DNA of 64,000 nucleotides from Escherichia coli (GTDB lineage Bacteria; Pseudomonadota; Gammaproteobacteria; Enterobacterales; Enterobacteriaceae): NCBI RefSeq assembly GCF_016026235.1, contig NZ_CP065613.1; one strand, 5' to 3'. Shown piece by piece: positions 57,106 to 64,000 of this stretch (position 1 is its first letter; each line of letters starts with the position of its first letter). The notes under the pieces were generated by a model. It saw only the letters and a program-made list of their open reading frames with translations, ran no database searches and was not told where the DNA came from. The position numbers and the translations under genes were made by a program.

Positions 57106-59346
57106 TCAGAAGTGAGTGTTTACGCTCATATACCACGTACGTCCCGGTTCGTTATAGGTATACGCCCCGGCACCGGCGATATAGTTGGCCCCTGCCAAAT
57201 CGCCCGTGGTCTGGGCATTACCCGCACGCCACAAACGTTTGTCGAACAGATTGTCCACGCCGCCGGTCAGACTGACATTCTTCGTCACATCCCACGTCGC
57301 GCTCAGCCCAACAATGCTGTAAGGACTAATTTCTTTGGTTTCCGGTCCAACCGCTGGCTGACCTTTATAGTTGTACTTCTTCGGCTGCTGCTTACCGTAC
57401 CAGGTGAAGGTCGTTTGCATCGACAAATCTTCTCGTGCCTGCCAGCTCAGCGTTGAGTTCAACGTATACTCCGGGATGATCGACAAACGGTCGCCCGTGG
57501 TTTTGTTTTCACTCTTCAGCATATAAGTGATGTTATTAGTCCACATCACCGTTTCGCTAACCGGTACGTTTAACGATCCTTCCAGACCTTCAACCACCGC
57601 TTTCGGCACGTTATCCCACTGATAGAGATCGGTGCCGACTGCGTTTTGCCCTACAGCCACATAGCCCGCTTCAATCTTATTGCGATAATCGTTACGGAAC
57701 CAGGTGACGCCCGCCAGCCAGCCGTCGCGTTTGAACTCCAGACCAATCTCCTTGTTGATGCTGGTTTCTGCTTTCAGGTCATCGTTACCTTGCAGATAGC
57801 AGCCGCCCGTGCTGGCATAGCAGCCCTGGCCTTTACTGTAGAGAATGTAGTTCGGGTTAGTCTGGTACAGGCTCGGCGCTTTATAAGCACGGGCAATGCC
57901 CATTTTCAGCGTGAAGTCATCGCCTAAACCTTGCGATATGTTCAGCGCCGGGCTCCAGTTATTGCCGACAATGCTGTGATGATCGAAACGCAGCCCCGGC
58001 GTTACGATGGTGCTGTCAGTCAGCTCCATGTTGTTTTCGGCAAATAGCGAGAAAATTTCTGCTTTTGAATACGGGCTACGGTCGGTGGCACTCACACCAT
58101 CAATAGCGCCGCCGGTGTTCGTCCCGGTCAGAGCCTGGGTATTGGAACTCAAGTCCTTCATCCGCTGCTGATTCCACTCCGTACCCAGCGTCAGCGTCTG
58201 GTTAACGAGGAAATCAATCGGCAGGTTAACTTCACTGTGCAGCATCACGTCATCAAGATCGATATCGACGAAATCCTGTGTCGCTTTTTCGTTAAATTTC
58301 CCTTCGGTACCGCCCGCCAGACCTTCCGGAATACGCGAGTTACGGGTGTGTTCGTACTGCACCCAGTTGCTGGTGGTCACGCCGTTATCCCAGCCACCGT
58401 TCCAGGTCAGCGAGTAGTTCTGGCGATACAGGCGGTTGGTTTCATCGCCATATTTCGAGCGAGTGTAAGCGTCAGAGTTGGTGTTCTGGGTATCGCCTGC
58501 ATACAGGTTACCCTGGCGGCTGTAACCCGCTTCCAGTTCGAGTGATTGCAGAGGCGCAAAGTCCCAGCGCACCACGCCGTTAATATCTTTATTGATCACC
58601 CCTTCGCGCCCGGCTGGTAACGTCGTGGCATACGTTCCGGCACGCGCGGACTGATGGCCCTGGTTGATATCCCACGCGTCAGCCTGAGTTTTGTCGAGGT
58701 TGCCATACAAGCGGAAGCTGAATTCGTCGCCCAGCGGACCGGTCAGGCTAAAGTTAGTGCGTTTGGTGGCACCTTCCTCTTTATGTTCTGGCGCATTGAA
58801 ATATGCGTCCCAGGAGCCGTGCCACTCGCCGCTGCCTTTTTTGGTAATGATGTTAACCACGCCGCCCGCCGCGCCGTTGCCATAACGCGCAGCTGCCGGA
58901 CCACGCAGAACTTCAATACGTTCAATCATTTCAGGTGGCACCCAGGAGGTATCACCACGGGTATCGCGCTCGCCACGCCAGCCCTGACGCACCGAGTTAC
59001 GGCTGCTTACCGGCTTGCCGTCAATCAAAATCAGCGTGTTTTCCGGACCCATACCGCGAATATCAATCTGTCGGTTATTCCCTCGCTGACCACTGGTGGA
59101 GTTACCGGTCAGGTTAACGCCTGGCATGGTACGGATGATCTCCGACACATCGCGGGCAACGGGGTTTTTGCGGATTTCATCTGCGGTGATGGTCGAAACG
59201 CCAGGCGCCTGTAAGTTCTGCTCGGCGGCGGTAACGACAATAGTATCGTCATGTGAAACAGGAGTATCGGTCGGCTCTTGTGCCTGCGCTACCCCATAAA
59301 TCCCCAGATTGACCAACAAGGCCAGGGAATGAATCTTCTTGTTCAT
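57106..59346 (-). CDS. fepA: TonB-dependent ferric enterobactin outer-membrane receptor
   Basis: 746 aa from MNKKIHSLALLVNLGIYGVAQA; TonB box DTIVVTA; C-terminal aromatic residue. Confidence 0.95.
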   Translation of the reverse strand: MNKKIHSLALLVNLGIYGVAQAQEPTDTPVSHDDTIVVTAAEQNLQAPGVSTITADEIRKNPVARDVSEIIRTMPGVNLTGNSTSGQRGNNRQIDIRGMGPENTLILIDGKPVSSRNSVRQGWRGERDTRGDTSWVPPEMIERIEVLRGPAAARYGNGAAGGVVNIITKKGSGEWHGSWDAYFNAPEHKEEGATKRTNFSLTGPLGDEFSFRLYGNLDKTQADAWDINQGHQSARAGTYATTLPAGREGVINKDINGVVRWDFAPLQSLELEAGYSRQGNLYAGDTQNTNSDAYTRSKYGDETNRLYRQNYSLTWNGGWDNGVTTSNWVQYEHTRNSRIPEGLAGGTEGKFNEKATQDFVDIDLDDVMLHSEVNLPIDFLVNQTLTLGTEWNQQRMKDLSSNTQALTGTNTGGAIDGVSATDRSPYSKAEIFSLFAENNMELTDSTIVTPGLRFDHHSIVGNNWSPALNISQGLGDDFTLKMGIARAYKAPSLYQTNPNYILYSKGQGCYASTGGCYLQGNDDLKAETSINKEIGLEFKRDGWLAGVTWFRNDYRNKIEAGYVAVGQNAVGTDLYQWDNVPKAVVEGLEGSLNVPVSETVMWTNNITYMLKSENKTTGDRLSIIPEYTLNSTLSWQAREDLSMQTTFTWYGKQQPKKYNYKGQPAVGPETKEISPYSIVGLSATWDVTKNVSLTGGVDNLFDKRLWRAGNAQTTGDLAGANYIAGAGAYTYNEPGRTWYMSVNTHF

Positions 59347-59504
59347 TGTTTTATTCCTGCATTTTTGCCACGAATTGCAACTGTCGGGCATGGTCGTCAT
59401 CAACACGACGCATCCCGCTACCGCGAAAACCTTTGATCCTGAAAGACACGCAGTGCAGTTGGTTAATTAATGTCCGCGCTTCCCACGGCGCACCATTACG
59501 CTAT

Positions 59505-59545
59505 TGCAAATGCAAATAGTTATCAATAATATTATCAATATATTT
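59505..59545. promoter_or_regulatory. Fur box(es) in the fepA/fes divergent promoter
   Basis: aaatagttatcaataatattatcaat matches the GATAATGATAATCATTATC iron-box consensus in overlapping hexamers. Confidence 0.7.
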
Positions 59546-59588
59546 CTGCAATCAATGAAAAATTGCACAGTAAACATGGGGTTATGGT

Positions 59589-60791
59589 GTGACGGCGTTA
59601 AAAGTAGGAAGTGAGAGCTGGTGGCAGTCGAAACATGGCCCGGAATGGCAGCGTCTGAATGACGAAATGTTTGAGGTCACTTTCTGGTGGCGTGATCCCC
59701 AAGGTTCTGAAGAATACTCGACGATAAAGCGCGTATGGATCTACATCACTGGTGTGACCGATCATCATCAGAACAGCCAGCCCCAGTCGATGCAGCGAAT
59801 TGCAGGTACTGATGTCTGGCAGTGGACGACACAACTCAATGCCAACTGGCGCGGCAGCTACTGCTTTATTCCCACCGAACGCGATGACATTTTTTCTGCA
59901 CCATCCCCCGATCGCCTCGAATTACGTGAAGGCTGGCGAAAACTATTACCCCAGGCAATAGCCGATCCGCTGAATCCACAAAGCTGGAAAGGCGGGCGAG
60001 GGCACGCTGTTTCTGCACTCGAAATGCCGCAAGCGCCTCTGCAACCGGGATGGGATTGTCCGCAAGCGCCAGAAATACCAGCCAAAGAAATTATCTGGAA
60101 AAGTGAACGGTTGAAAAATTCACGTCGTGTATGGATTTTTACCACCGGCGATGTAACAGCAGAAGAACGCCCGCTGGCAGTTTTGCTCGATGGCGAATTT
60201 TGGGCGCAAAGTATGCCCGTCTGGCCTGTGCTGACTTCGCTGACCCATCGTCAGCAACTTCCTCCCGCCGTGTATGTGTTGATCGACGCTATCGACACCA
60301 CGCACCGCGCCCACGAACTGCCGTGTAATGCGGATTTCTGGCTGGCAGTACAGCAAGAGTTATTACCCCTGGTGAAAGCTATTGCCCCTTTTAGCGATCG
60401 CGCCGATCGCACCGTGGTCGCCGGGCAGAGTTTTGGTGGGCTGTCCGCGCTGTATGCCGGACTGCACTGGCCTGAACGCTTTGGCTGTGTATTAAGCCAG
60501 TCAGGATCGTACTGGTGGCCGCATCGGGGCGGGCAGCAAGAGGGCGTGTTACTTGAAAAGCTAAAAGCTGGTGAAGTTAGCGCCGAAGGTCTACGCATTG
60601 TGCTGGAAGCGGGTATTCGCGAGCCGATGATCATGCGGGCCAATCAGGCGCTGTATGCGCAATTACACCCTATAAAAGAATCCATTTTCTGGCGTCAGGT
60701 TGACGGCGGACATGATGCGCTTTGTTGGCGCGGTGGCTTGATGCAGGGGTTAATCGACCTCTGGCAACCACTTTTCCATGACAGGAGTTGA
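59589..60791 (+). CDS. fes: Enterobactin/ferric enterobactin esterase
   Basis: 400-aa ORF from a GTG start; esterase fold with GQSFGG serine motif; the true start may be internal. Confidence 0.88.
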   Translation: MTALKVGSESWWQSKHGPEWQRLNDEMFEVTFWWRDPQGSEEYSTIKRVWIYITGVTDHHQNSQPQSMQRIAGTDVWQWTTQLNANWRGSYCFIPTERDDIFSAPSPDRLELREGWRKLLPQAIADPLNPQSWKGGRGHAVSALEMPQAPLQPGWDCPQAPEIPAKEIIWKSERLKNSRRVWIFTTGDVTAEERPLAVLLDGEFWAQSMPVWPVLTSLTHRQQLPPAVYVLIDAIDTTHRAHELPCNADFWLAVQQELLPLVKAIAPFSDRADRTVVAGQSFGGLSALYAGLHWPERFGCVLSQSGSYWWPHRGGQQEGVLLEKLKAGEVSAEGLRIVLEAGIREPMIMRANQALYAQLHPIKESIFWRQVDGGHDALCWRGGLMQGLIDLWQPLFHDRS

Positions 60792-60793
60792 AT

Positions 60794-61012
60794 ATGGCAT
60801 TCAGTAATCCCTTCGATGATCCACAGGGAGCGTTTTACATTTTGCGCAATGCGCAGGGGCAATTCAGTCTGTGGCCGCAACAATGCGCCTTACCGGCAGG
60901 CTGGGACATTGTGTGTCAGCCGCAGTCACAAGAGTCCTGCCAGCAGTGGCTTGAAGCCCACTGGCGTACTCTGACACCGGCGAATTTCACCCAGTTGCAG
61001 GAGGCACAATGA
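60794..61012 (+). CDS. ybdZ: MbtH-like protein (NRPS adenylation partner)
   Basis: 72 aa from MAFSNPFDDPQGAFYILRNAQGQFSLWP; overlaps the fes stop and the entF start. Confidence 0.9.
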   Translation: MAFSNPFDDPQGAFYILRNAQGQFSLWPQQCALPAGWDIVCQPQSQESCQQWLEAHWRTLTPANFTQLQEAQ

Positions 61013-64000
61013 GCCAGCATTTACCTTTGGTCGCCGCACAGCCCGGCATCTGGATGGCAGAAAAACTGTCGGATTTACCCTCCGCCTGGAGCGTGGCGCA
61101 TTACGTTGAGTTAACCGGAGAGGTTGATGCGCCATTACTGGCCCGCGCGGTGGTTGCCGGATTAGCGCAAGCAGATACGCTGCGGATGCGTTTTACGGAA
61201 GATAACGGCGAAGTCTGGCAGTGGGTCGATGATGCGCTGACGTTCGAACTGCCAGAAATTATCGACCTGCGAACCAATATTGATCCGCACGGTACTGCGC
61301 AGGCATTAATGCAGGCGGATTTGCAACAAGATTTGCGCGTCGATAGCGGTAAACCACTGGTCTTTCACCAGCTGATACAGGTGGCAGATAACCGCTGGTA
61401 CTGGTATCAGCGTTATCACCATTTACTGGTCGATGGCTTCAGTTTTCCGGCCATTACCCGCCAGATCGCCAACATTTACTGCGCATTGCTGCGTGGCGAA
61501 CCAACGCCTGCTTCGCCGTTTACGCCTTTCGCTGATGTAGTGGAAGAGTACCAGCAATACCGCGAAAGCGAAGCCTGGCAGCGTGATGCGGCATTCTGGG
61601 TGGAACAGCGTCGCCAACTGCCACCGCCCGCGTCACTTTCTCCGGCACCTTTACCGGGGCGTAGCGCCTCGGCAGATATTCTGCGCCTGAAACTGGAATT
61701 TACCGACGGGGAATTCCGCCAGTTGGCTGCGCAACTTTCAGGTGTGCAGCGTACCGATTTAGCCCTTGCGCTGGCAGCCTTGTGGCTGGGGCGATTGTGC
61801 AATCGCATGGACTACGCCGCCGGATTTATCTTTATGCGTCGACTGGGCTCGGCGGCGCTGACGGCTACCGGACCCGTGCTCAACGTTTTACCGTTGGGTA
61901 TTCACATTGCGGCGCAAGAAACGCTGCCGGAACTGGCAACCCGACTGGCAGCACAACTGAAAAAAATGCGTCGCCATCAACGTTACGATGCCGAACAAAT
62001 TGTCCGTGACAGTGGGCGAGCGGCAGGTGATGAACCGCTGTTTGGTCCGGTACTCAATATCAAGGTATTTGATTACCAACTGGATATTCCTGATGTTCAG
62101 GCGCAAACCCATACCCTGGCAACTGGGCCGGTTAATGACCTTGAACTGGCCCTGTTCCCGGATGAACACGGTGATTTGAGTATTGAGATCCTCGCCAATA
62201 AACAGCGTTACGCTGAGCCAACGTTAATCCAGCATGCTGAACGCCTGAAAATGCTGATCGCCCAATTCGCCGCGGATCCGGCGCTGTTGTGCGGCGATGT
62301 CGATATTATGCTGCCAGGTGAGTATGCGCAGCTGGCGCAGATCAACGCCACTCAGGTTGAGATTCCAGAAACCACGCTTAGCGCGCTGGTGGCAGAACAA
62401 GCGGAAAAAACACCGGATGCTCCGGCGCTGGCAGATGCGCGTTACCAGTTCAGCTATCGGGAAATGCGTGAGCAGGTGGTGGCGCTGGCGAATCTGCTGC
62501 GTGAGCGCGGCGTTAAACCAGGGGACAGCGTGGCGGTGGCACTACCGCGCTCGGTCTTTTTGACCCTGGCACTCCATGCGATAGTTGAAGCTGGCGCGGC
62601 CTGGCTACCGCTGGATACCGGCTATCCGGACGATCGCCTGAAAATGATGCTGGAAGATGCGCGTCCGTCGCTGTTAATCACCACCGACGATCAACTGCCG
62701 CGCTTTGTTGATGTTCCAGATTTAACCAGCCTTTGCTATAACGCCCCGCTTACACCGCAGGGCAGTGCGCCGCTGCAACTTTCACAACCGCATCACACGG
62801 CTTATATCATCTTTACCTCTGGCTCCACCGGCAGGCCGAAAGGGGTAATGGTCGGGCAGACGGCTATCGTCAACCGCCTGTTGTGGATGCAAAATCATTA
62901 TCCGCTCACAGGCGAAGATGTCGTTGCCCAAAAAACGCCGTGCAGTTTTGATGTCTCGGTGTGGGAGTTTTTCTGGCCGTTTATTGCCGGGGCTAAACTA
63001 GTGATGGCTGAACCGGAAGCGCACCGCGACCCGCTTGCTATGCAGCAATTCTTTGCCGAATATGGCGTAACGACCACGCACTTTGTGCCGTCGATGCTGG
63101 CGGCATTTGTTGCATTGCTGACTCCGCAAACCGCTCGCCAGAATTGCGCGACGTTGAAACAGGTTTTCTGTAGTGGTGAGGCCTTACCGGCTGATTTATG
63201 CCGCGAATGGCAACAGTTAACGGGCGCGCCGTTGCATAATCTATATGGCCCGACGGAAGCGGCGGTAGATGTGAGCTGGTATCCGGCTTTTGGCGAGGAA
63301 CTGGCACAGGTGCGCGGCAGCAGTGTGCCGATTGGTTATCCGGTGTGGAATACGGGCTTGCGCATTCTCGATGCGATGATGCATCCGGTGCCGCCGGGTG
63401 TGGCGGGAGATCTCTATCTCACCGGTATTCAACTGGCGCAGGGGTATCTTGGACGACCCGATCTGACCGCCAGCCGCTTTATTGCCGATCCTTTTGTCCC
63501 TGGTGAACGGATGTACCGTACCGGAGACGTTGCCCGCTGGCTGGATAACGGCGCGGTGGAGTACCTCGGGCGCAGTGACGATCAGCTAAAAATTCGCGGG
63601 CAGCGTATTGAACTGGGCGAAATCGATCGCGTGATGCAGGCGCTGCCGGATGTCGAACAAGCCGTTACCCACGCCTGTGTGATTAACCAGGCGGCAGCCA
63701 CCGGTGGTGATGCGCGTCAGTTGGTGGGCTATCTGGTGTCGCAATCAGGTCTGCCGTTGGATACCAGCGTATTACAGGCACAGCTTCGCGAAACATTGCC
63801 GCCGCATATGGTGCCGGTCGTTCTGCTGCAACTTCCACAGTTACCTCTTAGCGCCAACGGCAAGCTGGATCGCAAAGCCTTACCGTTGCCTGAACTTAAG
63901 GCACAAACGCCGGGGCGTGCGCCGAAAGCGGGCAGTGAAACGATTATCGCTGCGGCATTCGCGTCGTTGCTGGGTTGTGACGTGCAGGATGCCGATGCTG
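61009..64000 (+). CDS. entF: Enterobactin NRPS serine-activating module (5' 2.99 kb only; truncated by the window end)
   Basis: Open frame from ATG 61009 to the window end; condensation motif HHLLVDGFS and adenylation motifs (FTSGSTGRPKG, YRTGD); absent from the ORF track because no stop lies in the window. Confidence 0.9.
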   Translation, partial: MSQHLPLVAAQPGIWMAEKLSDLPSAWSVAHYVELTGEVDAPLLARAVVAGLAQADTLRMRFTEDNGEVWQWVDDALTFELPEIIDLRTNIDPHGTAQALMQADLQQDLRVDSGKPLVFHQLIQVADNRWYWYQRYHHLLVDGFSFPAITRQIANIYCALLRGEPTPASPFTPFADVVEEYQQYRESEAWQRDAAFWVEQRRQLPPPASLSPAPLPGRSASADILRLKLEFTDGEFRQLAAQLSGVQRTDLALALAALWLGRLCNRMDYAAGFIFMRRLGSAALTATGPVLNVLPLGIHIAAQETLPELATRLAAQLKKMRRHQRYDAEQIVRDSGRAAGDEPLFGPVLNIKVFDYQLDIPDVQAQTHTLATGPVNDLELALFPDEHGDLSIEILANKQRYAEPTLIQHAERLKMLIAQFAADPALLCGDVDIMLPGEYAQLAQINATQVEIPETTLSALVAEQAEKTPDAPALADARYQFSYREMREQVVALANLLRERGVKPGDSVAVALPRSVFLTLALHAIVEAGAAWLPLDTGYPDDRLKMMLEDARPSLLITTDDQLPRFVDVPDLTSLCYNAPLTPQGSAPLQLSQPHHTAYIIFTSGSTGRPKGVMVGQTAIVNRLLWMQNHYPLTGEDVVAQKTPCSFDVSVWEFFWPFIAGAKLVMAEPEAHRDPLAMQQFFAEYGVTTTHFVPSMLAAFVALLTPQTARQNCATLKQVFCSGEALPADLCREWQQLTGAPLHNLYGPTEAAVDVSWYPAFGEELAQVRGSSVPIGYPVWNTGLRILDAMMHPVPPGVAGDLYLTGIQLAQGYLGRPDLTASRFIADPFVPGERMYRTGDVARWLDNGAVEYLGRSDDQLKIRGQRIELGEIDRVMQALPDVEQAVTHACVINQAAATGGDARQLVGYLVSQSGLPLDTSVLQAQLRETLPPHMVPVVLLQLPQLPLSANGKLDRKALPLPELKAQTPGRAPKAGSETIIAAAFASLLGCDVQDADA

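Overview
This window reads as Escherichia coli chromosome with K-12-like gene order, running from the allantoin/glyoxylate cluster to the start of entF; almost all of it is well-known core genes, and I found no convincing undescribed multi-gene system. Gene identities rest on my recognition of the translated ORFs and conserved synteny, not on any database search. Order: allR-gcl-hyi-glxR-ybbW-allB-ybbY-glxK, an IS1 insertion, allE-allC-allD (minus), fdrA-ylbE-ylbF-ybcF, purK-purE, lpxH, ppiB, cysS, ybcI, ybcJ, folD, the sfmACDHF fimbrial operon with fimZ, tRNA-Arg (argU), envY, ybcH-nfrA-nfrB, cusRS/cusCFBA, pheP, ybdG, nfsB, ybdF, ybdJ, ybdK, a hok/sok region with an IS insertion, entD, fepA, fes, ybdZ and partial entF. 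The points most worth a second look are: (1) two tandem hok/mok/sok toxin loci of about 95% identity, the first carrying an IS4-family (IS186-like) insertion in a GGGG-N-CCCC hairpin just after the hok stop; (2) an IS1 copy with a 9-bp target duplication whose insB frame has a premature stop; (3) argU lying 45 bp from envY with no prophage, integrase, appY or ompT between them; (4) the ybcH-nfrA-nfrB operon with two MshEN-type c-di-GMP-binding motifs visible in NfrB; (5) an intact fdrA-ylbE-ylbF-ybcF block. No CRISPR array and no rRNA gene were seen.
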